In this document: positions 8,337 through 16,675 of the stretch, one piece after another
How the letters are laid out: the number at the start of each line of letters is the position of its first letter
Numbering within the stretch: position 1 is the first letter of the stretch
NCBI GenBank assembly: GCA_039589315.1
Contig: JBDHHQ010000080.1
Location: 1-18,932 of the forward strand
Length of the DNA stretch: 18,932 nucleotides
Reading direction: 5' to 3'
Source: Gemmatimonadota bacterium
GTDB lineage: Bacteria; Gemmatimonadota; Gemmatimonadetes; Longimicrobiales; Gaopeijiaceae
Position numbers and translations under genes: made by a program
Notes under the pieces: generated by a model
What the model was told of the DNA's origin: nothing
What the model saw: only the letters and a program-made list of their open reading frames with translations
Databases searched by the model: none

Positions 8337-8382
8337 GACATCGTCCCTGACGAGGTAGGCAGCTCCGCGATGGAGCTACCCG

Positions 8383-8412
8383 AAGATGTCCTCGGGAGTC
8401 AGCTCGGATCAA
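8383..8412 (-). promoter_or_regulatory. Putative promoter TTGATC-N18-CATCTT (copy 2)
   Basis: Matches 2714-2743. Followed by an 8-bp 5'-UTR hairpin on the minus strand, GTAGCTCC-ATCGC-GGAGCTGC. Confidence 0.6.
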
Positions 8413-8496
8413 GCTCGATGGTGAGGGGCATCCGCACGCCCTGTCCATCTACTCAGACCTGGGCTGTGTCTGGGATTGTTCGCGATCAGATGCCGT

Positions 8497-8521
8497 GCGT
8501 ATGAAACCCGAGTTCATGCCC
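8497..8521. promoter_or_regulatory. Imperfect palindrome GCGTATGAA-N7-TTCATGCCC (copy 2)
   Basis: Homologous to 2830-2854. Confidence 0.55.
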
Positions 8522-8562
8522 AGACTTCTGCAGGTAACCGGACTCGAATCGGAAAGGTGCGA

Positions 8563-8598
8563 TGCCTCTCGCACGGGCACCGCTTGGAGCGAGAGGCA
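8563..8598 (-). terminator. Stem-loop downstream of the kinase gene, possible terminator or stability hairpin
   Basis: 10-bp inverted repeat TGCCTCTCGC / GCGAGAGGCA with a 16-nt loop; only a weak U-tract. Confidence 0.35.
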
Positions 8599-8649
8599 CC
8601 GATGGTGGGGTGAGTCGGGCCGAGGCTCGTGGTCGGCTCGGGTCGGCCA

Positions 8650-11322
8650 TCAGTTCGGCACCAGCCGCTCGAGCTCCTCGAAGAAGCTCTGGACGAGCAC
8701 GAACCGACTGGTCACTTCCTCGTCCGCCCCGGGTCTCGTGGCGAGCCGCGACATCACGAATCGCTGATCGTCCCCCGTCACATCGTATAGGAGCGCAACG
8801 GCATTGGCGTCGATCTCCGGTGGAAGCGTGAACAGGGGCTCGCGCGTAACCACTCTGAACGCCGGGCTCGTCTCGAACGTCGCCGTGATCATGCTGGGGC
8901 TGCTCGGGTCCCCGTAAAACAGCTCCCGCCCGCTGTGCGCCCAATACGGCATCACGCCTCCCTCGACCGAGACCTGTACCTTGCCGGCGTCGACGTCGGG
9001 GAAGGGACGCACGAACACTTCGGGTCGACCCGTTTCGGTCGACACGTAGGCGATCCACCTGGAGTCCCGTGATACCGCGGGTGCAGACTCGTCGTAGTCA
9101 TCTTCGGCCAGGACGGGGCGCGCTACGCTGTCCACGCCGGGTCTCGCGATCAGAATGTCGCGTCCCCCTTCCACGCCGCTGGCTCCGGAGGTCCTCAGCA
9201 CCAACCATTCGCCGTCGGGGGTCCAGAAGCCCTGGGCGAGGCTCGTCGGGTGATCGAACAGCAGCTCCGCGTCGCCCGTGCCGTCCGCCCTCCTGGTCCA
9301 TACATCGAGATTCCCTTCACGACTGGAGAGGAAGGTCACGGTCTCACCGTCCGGGGCCCACCGCGGTTTCCGGTCATCGCCCTCGTAGAACGTGAGTCGC
9401 GACAGGGGGCCGTCGTCCAGCTCCTTGACCCAGATGTCGAAGCCGTCCTCGGTCAGCGTCCGTAGCACGAGCCGCCCACCGTCCGGCGAAAGGCCCCAAC
9501 CCGCGTTCCCGGCTCCATAGTTGAAGCGCCAATCGGGATCGACGGGAGTGATGGCGCCCCCGCGCGTCACCCACACCAGTTCCCTGTCGTTTCCCGACGT
9601 AAACGCCGTAGTGGTGGCGTAGACGAGGTCCCCCCGATCGGAGAGCGCGTACTGAATCACGCCCTCCATGATCGGCACGGCGGGGCCTGTGATCTCCATC
9701 GCCCCGGGATCGAAGGGTGCGGCCATCAGGGTGCCGCCGCCAGTCACGGCGGTGAGAAACACCAGGTGCCCGGTGGCCGCATAGCGGGGCCACGCCCCCG
9801 GCGTGAGGGGCGTCATCTCTCCGGTGGCGAGGTTCAACCCTCTGATCTCCGCCTCCCCACCGGTCAACCCAACGCGCATGAGCGCGCCTTCTCCGCCCGG
9901 AAGGAGGTCGCTGATCCAATGGGTTGCCTCGCCCTCGGCGAGCTCGGTCACAGGCTCCGGGGGCCCCCCTGTCGCTGGCACCCGCAGAACGCCGGTTGGT
10001 GCCCTGAAGTACACGTATCCGTCCGGCCCCCAGCGCGGATAGATGCCTCCGGTGGCCACGGTGCGGACCGGGCCACCGTCCAGGTCGAGCACCTTCACGT
10101 CGTCGCCCTGCACGAACGCGAGCTGCCGACCGTCGGCGGAGATGGCGGGCTGAGCCCCACCCTCGGTGCCCCGGATCGGCGAGGCGTCCAGGTCGTCCCA
10201 CCGGCGCAGCCACAGTCGGATGATGTTGGACTCGGTCGGCCCGCGGTACACCAGTGCGGAGCCATCGGGAGACAAGTTGAAGGCCGCGACTCCGAACCCG
10301 GCCGGTGCCTGCCCATCCCGGAAGGGGGACTCGAAGCGAGCGATGGGACTCGGCGGTTCCGGGCTGAGGAACGACCAAAGCGCGAATCCCGCAGCGAGAA
10401 GGAACAGCGACGCGAATGTGAACGTGAGAGCCTTCCACGGGCCGGGAGTCGCGCTTGCCGCCGCCCCAGCCGCTTCTCCATACCTGAATCCCGGATCCGC
10501 CAGCGCGCTCGCGAAGTCGCGGGCGGACCGGAAGCGGTCGGCAGGCACCTTCTCCAGGGCCTTTCGGATCGCAAAGTCCACGTTTGCGGGAACCGAGGTC
10601 CGCTGCTTGGTCGCCGAGGTGAGCTCGCCGGCGATGATCTTGCCCAGCACGGCCTGTGCCGTGCCGCCGGTATACGGCGGCTCGCCGGTCAGGATCTCGT
10701 ACAGAACGCAGGCGAGTGCGTAGATGTCCGCGGCGGGTCCCACGTGGGCGTCCCCCGTCGCCTGCTCGGGGCTCATGTAGTGGGGGGTCCCCAGGCTCAG
10801 CCCGGTCTCGGTCAGGCGACCCCCTCCGGCCGCGCCGATCGCCAGCGCGATCCCGAAGTCCGCGATCAGAGGTTCGCCACCGCTCAAGAGGATGTTCGCG
10901 GGCTTGATGTCCCTGTGGATCACGCCCTTGTCGTGGGCGGCCTGCAACGCGTTCGCCACCGCCGTCGTGATCCGGACGGCCTCGTCCACCGGAAGCTGCC
11001 TCTCGCGCTCCAGCCGTTCCCGGAGCGACTCGCCTTCCACGAAGGGCATCACATAGAACAGGAAGCCGTCGGCCTCGCCGGAATCGAACAGCGGCAGGAT
11101 GTGCGGATGCTGCAGGTTGGCCGTCGTCTCGATCTCGGCGAGGAAGCGCTCGGCCCCAACCACGGCCGCGAGCTCGGGCTTCAGGACCTTGAGGGCGACG
11201 TTGCGGTTGTGCCTGAGGTCCCTGGCCAGGTAGACCGTGGCCATCCCGCCCTCACCGAGCTCGCGCTCGATCGCGTAGCGACCATCGAGGGCTGTGTTCA
11301 GGCGGGCCGCGGGATCGGACAC
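8650..11322 (-). CDS. Hanks-type Ser/Thr protein kinase with TM helix and PD40/TolB-like beta-propeller sensor domain
   Basis: GEGGMATVY, VALK, HRDIKPANIL, DFG, GTPHYMSPEQ; TM helix; repeated (L/W)SPDG-type motifs; ends SFFEELERLVPN. Start moved to GTG 11322 (GAGGAG 6 nt upstream; MSDPAARLNTALDGRY). Confidence 0.95.
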   Translation of the reverse strand: MSDPAARLNTALDGRYAIERELGEGGMATVYLARDLRHNRNVALKVLKPELAAVVGAERFLAEIETTANLQHPHILPLFDSGEADGFLFYVMPFVEGESLRERLERERQLPVDEAVRITTAVANALQAAHDKGVIHRDIKPANILLSGGEPLIADFGIALAIGAAGGGRLTETGLSLGTPHYMSPEQATGDAHVGPAADIYALACVLYEILTGEPPYTGGTAQAVLGKIIAGELTSATKQRTSVPANVDFAIRKALEKVPADRFRSARDFASALADPGFRYGEAAGAAASATPGPWKALTFTFASLFLLAAGFALWSFLSPEPPSPIARFESPFRDGQAPAGFGVAAFNLSPDGSALVYRGPTESNIIRLWLRRWDDLDASPIRGTEGGAQPAISADGRQLAFVQGDDVKVLDLDGGPVRTVATGGIYPRWGPDGYVYFRAPTGVLRVPATGGPPEPVTELAEGEATHWISDLLPGGEGALMRVGLTGGEAEIRGLNLATGEMTPLTPGAWPRYAATGHLVFLTAVTGGGTLMAAPFDPGAMEITGPAVPIMEGVIQYALSDRGDLVYATTTAFTSGNDRELVWVTRGGAITPVDPDWRFNYGAGNAGWGLSPDGGRLVLRTLTEDGFDIWVKELDDGPLSRLTFYEGDDRKPRWAPDGETVTFLSSREGNLDVWTRRADGTGDAELLFDHPTSLAQGFWTPDGEWLVLRTSGASGVEGGRDILIARPGVDSVARPVLAEDDYDESAPAVSRDSRWIAYVSTETGRPEVFVRPFPDVDAGKVQVSVEGGVMPYWAHSGRELFYGDPSSPSMITATFETSPAFRVVTREPLFTLPPEIDANAVALLYDVTGDDQRFVMSRLATRPGADEEVTSRFVLVQSFFEELERLVPN

Positions 11323-11365
11323 GGGCATCTCCTCGACGGTGGAACCCGACGATCGGCCATCAACG

Positions 11366-11397
11366 CAAGATCCTACCTGCTCCAGCCGAGACGCAAG
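11366..11397 (-). promoter_or_regulatory. Promoter-like motif CTTGCGTCTCG-N9-GGTAGGATCTTG (copy 2)
   Basis: Identical blocks at 4590-4621; lies 44 nt upstream of the kinase start. Confidence 0.7.
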
Positions 11398-11577
11398 AAG
11401 ACGCTCGCCGAACAATGTAGTGTTGACTCAGAACTGTCCCACTTCGTTCCCGATCCGCTTCATGGTCCGTCCTGACGTGCTGGGGTACGAATCCGCTCTA
11501 ACTCACAAGTGATGCTCACAATGTAGGGTAGCGTTGCACGGGAGTTGGCATCAGCGGTTCCTCCCCGCCGCGCGGCG

Positions 11578-13221
11578 CTAGCGGGTCGCGGCGGAAACTT
11601 CCACCACGCACCCGGCCTGGAGCGTTCGACCGTCCAGCCATTGAGTCAGCGCACGGCCCAGTCGTGCGCGATCGTCTTCGTCTCGCACGACGTTGTCATA
11701 GAGCGGCAGCCAGCCGGCGGCCTGGAATCCGGAATATCCGTTGACGGTCGGACTGCCGACCGCCAGCTGGGCCCACATGGCGTCGAGGTGGTACTTCCAG
11801 GGATTGTACGGCAAGGGGCCGGGCGTCGATGGCACGGTCATGACGTAAAAGGCCGGGCACTCTTCCGGGACCTCGGACGCGATACGTGACACCGCGTCAC
11901 GAGCCCTCAGCTTGTCGAACGAGGGCTGATATCGGACCTGCTCGATGATCCCCACGGACAGGACCAGGGCCGCGACGGTGAAACGGCCCCGGCGCTCCAG
12001 GCCGCCGACGGCGAGGGCGAAGCCAGCCGACAACGGCAACAGCATGATCAGAGCGGAACGCGCGGGGGCTCTGATCGCCGCTCCCCCGGGCACCAGCTCG
12101 TAGACCCAGGTCCAGAGGGTGAAGCCACCGGGCCACACGGTGGACAGCACGGCGAGCGTCGCGCCGACCGCCACCATCAGGCGTACCAGCGGACGATGCC
12201 GGGCGAGCCACAATCCGGCCAGGGCGACGACCGTCGTGACCAATCCGCTAGCCAGCTGATGCTCGACGGGCATCGGTAGGCTCGCGAAGGGCGCCCGCTC
12301 CTGGAGCAGCCCGTACATGAGGTTGGGCGTACCCATGTAGAGCCAGGAAGCCAGATGCGCCGTCCTGGGCAGCACGTCACCGGCGAAGTCATGGAATCCC
12401 ACGTCTCGCGCCGCCGCGAGGTGCCGCAGGATCATGGGCGAGCTCGCCGCCAGGAACGCCACGCCTCCGGCAGTGACCGCGACCCAGCTGTCGAGCAGGA
12501 AGGCACGCACGGGCATTCGCAATCGTCGGCTCAGCCCCGCCCAGGCCATGGCCAGACCCAACGATAGAATGAGGTACCAGGCATGGTAGAAGCCGGACCA
12601 CATCTGCAGTGTGAGCAGAGCGAAGAAAGCCCAAATCGCATGGGTGCGTTGCCGGCGGCGTTCCGACCGGAATGCGAGGACCACGCATAGAATGGCCAGC
12701 ACCGGCAGATAGGCGGCGACGAGTTGCTGGTGAAGCAGCCTCGCCATGCGGACGTTGGCGAAGGCGAAAAGGAACGCGCCGGCAGCGGCCGGCGTGTTCT
12801 CGACCCGCAAGCCCCTTCGCATGAACAGGTAGGCCGCGGCAAAGTTCAGCGAGGAGACGGCCAGCATGAACACCTGGTAGGCGGTGTCGGGCGGCAGCCC
12901 CGCCCACCTGACGGGCCAATACAGCAGGCCCAGACCGATCAGGGTGTCGTGCAAGGCCCCGATGTTCCTGGCCGGATGATAGAAGGGAGGGTCCCACAGA
13001 CTCTCGTGGCCGGGCCACCCGTGCACCCACCTGAAGCCGTGCTCCAAGAGGTAGTTCACGAGCCGCGGGTCGCCGAGATCCTGTTGAACCTGAGTGAAGC
13101 CGGACAGGAGCGTCGGGTAGAACGCGGTGAAGAGCCCGATCGCCAGGAGAAGCCCAGGAACGACGAGCTGGACCCACCGAGAAACGGGCTCGTCCCAGGT
13201 CTGCCGATCAGTGTGGCTCAT
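11578..13221 (-). CDS. Polytopic membrane protein, probable GT-C fold glycosyltransferase (YfhO-like)
   Basis: 547 aa, many TM helices. Acidic loop after TM1 (DLGDPRL), W.PPFYHP, AAGAFLFAF...R.....H.Q, IRAPARS, PTVNGYSGF. Confidence 0.7.
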   Translation of the reverse strand: MSHTDRQTWDEPVSRWVQLVVPGLLLAIGLFTAFYPTLLSGFTQVQQDLGDPRLVNYLLEHGFRWVHGWPGHESLWDPPFYHPARNIGALHDTLIGLGLLYWPVRWAGLPPDTAYQVFMLAVSSLNFAAAYLFMRRGLRVENTPAAAGAFLFAFANVRMARLLHQQLVAAYLPVLAILCVVLAFRSERRRQRTHAIWAFFALLTLQMWSGFYHAWYLILSLGLAMAWAGLSRRLRMPVRAFLLDSWVAVTAGGVAFLAASSPMILRHLAAARDVGFHDFAGDVLPRTAHLASWLYMGTPNLMYGLLQERAPFASLPMPVEHQLASGLVTTVVALAGLWLARHRPLVRLMVAVGATLAVLSTVWPGGFTLWTWVYELVPGGAAIRAPARSALIMLLPLSAGFALAVGGLERRGRFTVAALVLSVGIIEQVRYQPSFDKLRARDAVSRIASEVPEECPAFYVMTVPSTPGPLPYNPWKYHLDAMWAQLAVGSPTVNGYSGFQAAGWLPLYDNVVRDEDDRARLGRALTQWLDGRTLQAGCVVEVSAATR

Positions 13222-13238
13222 GCACGGATTCCGGATGA

Positions 13239-13388
13239 GATGTCAGCCGGCATTACGGCTGGCCGGCATTGATCCCGCAACGTCTCACACTGGTCGCTTT
13301 CGGGGGGCTCTTCGTCGTTTTCGTCCTGGCGTGGTACCACGGCGAGAAGGGCAGGCAGCGCGTCCGGAGGAGCGAGGTCCTCATCTGA
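13239..13388 (+). pseudogene. Relic fragment (second TM helix region) of a TM-TPR receptor-family gene
   Basis: Stop-bounded frame with no ATG, reading DVSRHYGWPALIPQRLTLVAFGGLFVVFVLAWYHGEKGRQRVRRSEVLI*. The GWP...LAWYHGEKG segment corresponds to TM2 of this family. Absent from the ORF track. Confidence 0.65.
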
Positions 13389-13496
13389 CCCCAGAGGTAG
13401 TCGGCCGCATAATGAAGAGCAAGAGCATTGAGTTCTTCCTTGAACACGCGGCCCGGCCCGTTCTAGCTGTCTGTCGGGAAAAGGCTGGAAACTGCC

Positions 13497-14297
13497 TCAG
13501 CTATCGTCCAATATCGCGGATGCGAGCGCCGCCAATTCCGGGTGCGGGTCCTGGGCAGCCCGACGGAGGAGCGCCTGGGCCTGGTTCGAAGTACAGTGCT
13601 TCAATCCCAGGACCGCGTGATATCGAATGGGCGCCAAGGGGTCGTCGCCGCTCGCCTCCCGTCGGCCCCGCGACCAGAACGCTCGCAGACGTGCCAGGAG
13701 GCCCTCGGAGGGGCTGGCTGCACCATCATCCGGCAAGCCGGAGCGGAGAGCGAGGTCGAGCGCGTCGAGGGCCTCGTCACGTTCAATGGCCCCCAGCGCC
13801 TCGATTGCCAGCGCCACTGCGGCCATCCGATTACGCTCGAACGGGTTGTCCCCCGATGGGGCAGCCATCGGATCGAAGTCGGCGATCTTCCTCAGCGTCG
13901 GACTTGCCCTGCGCTCACGGAACGCCATCAACTGCTTGATGACCTCCTCGTCGAGCTGGGTCGGGCTGGGGTACTCGACGAGGGGGACCTCCTGCATCGC
14001 GGAGAGGATCTCCAGCAGCCCCAGACGGACTTCCTCGGTGTCCGGCGACTCCCGCAGAATCTGGCGGTTATTAGGATGACCCACGGCATGGTACACTGGA
14101 CCGATCGGGACCTCGACGCGATCGGGATTATGGTGGGGATGGTTGGCGCAGTAGGTGTAGAACGGATTCTCGATTCCGAAATCGCGGATCACGCATCGGA
14201 CGTCCGTAGGCAGTGGGCCACTTGGATAACCCGCTGTGCCCCCGGCGTTGCTATTGAACCAGCACGTTCCGCAACAGTCTGATCCACCGTTCGGCAT
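13497..14297 (-). CDS. Hypothetical protein: N-terminal Cys/His-rich domain plus HEAT-like repeats
   Basis: 266 aa, AGGAGGT RBS. Motifs DCCGTCWFN, RCVIR, YCANHPHH; HEAT-like helices (ALAIEALGAIERDEALDAL, IRYHAVLGL, AQDPHPELAALA). Confidence 0.8.
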   Translation of the reverse strand: MPNGGSDCCGTCWFNSNAGGTAGYPSGPLPTDVRCVIRDFGIENPFYTYCANHPHHNPDRVEVPIGPVYHAVGHPNNRQILRESPDTEEVRLGLLEILSAMQEVPLVEYPSPTQLDEEVIKQLMAFRERRASPTLRKIADFDPMAAPSGDNPFERNRMAAVALAIEALGAIERDEALDALDLALRSGLPDDGAASPSEGLLARLRAFWSRGRREASGDDPLAPIRYHAVLGLKHCTSNQAQALLRRAAQDPHPELAALASAILDDS

Positions 14298-14382
14298 TAC
14301 GAGACCTCCTTTTGCGCCGACAGAGCCGCGTCCTCAGAGGCACTGTAAGCTGAGGATCATGGTTCGAGCCATCCTCCTCGCC

Positions 14383-14439
14383 TCGGTCCGGATCCAGCCG
14401 TTTCAGCTCCTCGAAGAAGTTCCCGACCACGACCACGTC
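14383..14439 (-). pseudogene. Relic C-terminus of a kinase-PD40 family gene
   Basis: DVVVVGNFFEELKRLDPD versus RFVLVQSFFEELERLVPN* of the intact kinase. 32/40 nt identity (14383-14422 vs 8650-8689); the TGA position reads CGA. Confidence 0.75.
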
Positions 14440-14678
14440 TCCGGGATGCGCATGGTCGGTTCGCCGAAACCAGCTGGCTCCCCACCGCTTGATCCAGGCT
14501 TGACCGACGAATGACACACTCTGGGCGCACACTGACTCGCTGTCGATGGACGTGTCCGATGTCGAAGATGGAGCTCAGCACCAGCCACGGCAGCTAGTCT
14601 GAGAGACCGTAGCCGCTGACTGGTCCATCCAACGCGCTTCGACGCCCCAATGAGCCAACGATGGGGCTGGCCAAACCG

Positions 14679-14710
14679 AGCCCCGGCGGAGGCGACGCTC
14701 CGCCGGGGCT
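14679..14710 (-). terminator. Strong hairpin, probable terminator downstream of the NTF2-like gene
   Basis: Perfect 13-bp stem AGCCCCGGCGGAG / CTCCGCCGGGGCT with a 6-nt loop, about 45 nt after the stop; weak U-tract (CGGTTT). Confidence 0.6.
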
Positions 14711-14754
14711 TCCGACGTCCTGGGAGACAGCCCGAAGCCTGGTCCGATTCCGGA

Positions 14755-15237
14755 TCAGTTCAGGGTAGTTTGGTTGGTGCCGGTTCCACCCATCACCGGT
14801 GAATAGTGGGCCGCCCGCACCTTCCATCCGCCGTCCTCTCTGACGAAGACCTGCGTCACCCGCGTGAAGTAGTTCGAGAGTGGATCCTGACCGTCGAGGT
14901 GGAACGAGCCCTCGGAGTAGTACTGGGCCACGGCCACCTGCCCTTCGGCAAGCTCGATCACGGAGATGTACTTCGCCGTCAGGCTGAAGCTCTGGTAGGT
15001 GCCGAGGGGCGTGTCCGCCGGAATTCGGTTCATGAGCCCTCCGCTCGACCAGAACTCCAGCGACCCGTCGGCCGAATACACCCCTGGCTCGTCTTCCAGG
15101 TTCTCGGCTACGTAGGCGTTTCCGTCACGGATGAGCTGACGGATCTCCTGCGTGGTCTGGGACGCCTGGGCGGTGACCTGCGTCGGGAGCGAGAGCGCCA
15201 GGGCTGTGGCGGTGATCAGAAAGCGGGTCGGGGTCAT
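14755..15237 (-). CDS. Secreted NTF2/SnoaL-like (DUF4440-type) protein
   Basis: 160 aa; signal peptide (..VTA-QA); C-terminal RVTQVFVREDGGWKVRAAHYS typical of the fold; GGAGG RBS. Confidence 0.85.
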   Translation of the reverse strand: MTPTRFLITATALALSLPTQVTAQASQTTQEIRQLIRDGNAYVAENLEDEPGVYSADGSLEFWSSGGLMNRIPADTPLGTYQSFSLTAKYISVIELAEGQVAVAQYYSEGSFHLDGQDPLSNYFTRVTQVFVREDGGWKVRAAHYSPVMGGTGTNQTTLN

Positions 15238-15303
15238 CGTGGCCTCCGTTCAGGAGTTGGGGGGTTGAGCACGCCGGTAGGCGACGTGCGGTACGTTGGC
15301 ACT

Positions 15304-16218
15304 TTACATCCGCAAGAGCGAGAGCAGCAGCACGGTGATCATCGTCGCGCCTCCGACCATCATGTACCCGAGGGACAGCACGACCGACTTCGCCCCGGAC
15401 TTCAGCCAAGACTCGCCGTAAAAGGTGCGCAGGGCCAGGAGGAGGTAGACAGGCACCCAAAGAAGCAGGATCGGTGCGGTGTCCGAGAGCCAAGGAACCC
15501 CCACCGACTTGGGGAGCAGGACCACCGTCATGAGAAGGAACGCGAAGGAGTGCAGGTAGATCGCGAAGACCAGGTGTTGCACGTACAGGCGCCGTCGGTA
15601 CAGCACCTTGAGCAGGAGCGCGAACAGGGGCAGCAACAGGAACATCGACTGCGCCATGCGCGACAGGAAGACGTCGGTGAACGCGTCCCGGTCCTCTCCC
15701 GCGCGTTGGAACGCCTGCACGAAGCGGTCCTCGATCCTCTGCTCGAGAGCGTCTCGGCCGTCGGTGTTGGGAGGCACGTCGGCGTCGGGAGGCGCAGCGG
15801 TGGCGGATGGGGCAGTCGCGGGCGCTACCGCCCCATCGGCAGCCTCGCGACCGAGCTCCACCGAGACCTCCGGAGTCCCCTCGAAGTCGCCGGACATCTC
15901 CACGCCCTCACCGAACGACATCATCAGGAACATCGCGAAGCTGGCGATAAGGTAGAGCCGGACGGGCGGCACGAACCTGGCGCGGTGGCCCGCTACATAG
16001 TCGCGCGGCACGGAGCCTGGTTCGAGGAACAGTGGCTTCAGAGTCAGGAGAAGCCGTGAATCGAGATCGAACGTCTCGCTCACGAACTCCTGGGCGAACT
16101 GGGCCACCGGCACGTTGTAGTCGGTGGTAGATTGCCCGCATACGGGGCAGAAGCCCCCGCTCAGCGGCGCCCCGCAGTTCGCGCAGTGAGATTCGCCCGA
16201 CGTCTCTGACTTCGTCAT
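15304..16218 (-). CDS. DUF3667 domain membrane protein
   Basis: 304 aa; CANC...FCPVCGQ zinc ribbon; D.RLLLTL..LFLEPG...DYVAG.RARFVPPVRLYL; YVQHLVFAIYLHSF; several TM helices. Confidence 0.88.
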   Translation of the reverse strand: MTKSETSGESHCANCGAPLSGGFCPVCGQSTTDYNVPVAQFAQEFVSETFDLDSRLLLTLKPLFLEPGSVPRDYVAGHRARFVPPVRLYLIASFAMFLMMSFGEGVEMSGDFEGTPEVSVELGREAADGAVAPATAPSATAAPPDADVPPNTDGRDALEQRIEDRFVQAFQRAGEDRDAFTDVFLSRMAQSMFLLLPLFALLLKVLYRRRLYVQHLVFAIYLHSFAFLLMTVVLLPKSVGVPWLSDTAPILLLWVPVYLLLALRTFYGESWLKSGAKSVVLSLGYMMVGGATMITVLLLSLLRM

Positions 16219-16675
16219 TGGCCGGACGTCCCCGTCAGCCGCCGCTTCGCTGTATCAGCGCGCTCCAAGGTCTGGCACATCACTCGCTCGTCGGTCACCG
16301 GGACCGTCTAGCCGGCCTCGACGTGGCACGCTGACACGACGATCTTCTCCACCTGACCGATGACCGCCCACCCTGATTGGCTTCTGATGGTGACACCTGT
16401 AAGGGCTGCGCCATCACATTGCTGGTTCACTTCGCGCTCCCCGTGGAGTTGAGGACCAGTTTGGCCAGGCAGGCGCCCCGACTCAAGGCCCTGTGGCGTT
16501 CGTCCCGTTGGTCTCGGCCTGCTCCACGGGCTGGGCCGCCGAGCCCGCACCTTTCGCCGACTCGAGATCCTCTTAGGCTTACAGGCATGAGACGGCCAGT
16601 GCTGCGAAGCCCCACCCGGGCGCGAACGGGAATCGACTGCCGTCCGCCTTCAACCACCTCAGGCCCCAAAAGTAC

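Noticed and set aside
8529..8552. tRNA 3'-end-like sequence (TTCGAGTCCGGTTACCTGCA on the minus strand), possible att relic
   Set aside because: The T-stem has mismatches, there is no CCA, no rest of a cloverleaf and no integrase nearby.
11323..11415. ORF-track N-terminal extension of the kinase
   Set aside because: It overlaps the conserved promoter motif; RBS spacing and family N-terminus favour GTG 11322.
14487..14520. GCTTGATC-CAG-GCTTGAC resembling the TPR promoter -35 block on the plus strand
   Set aside because: No CATCTT at 18 nt and no plus-strand gene downstream.
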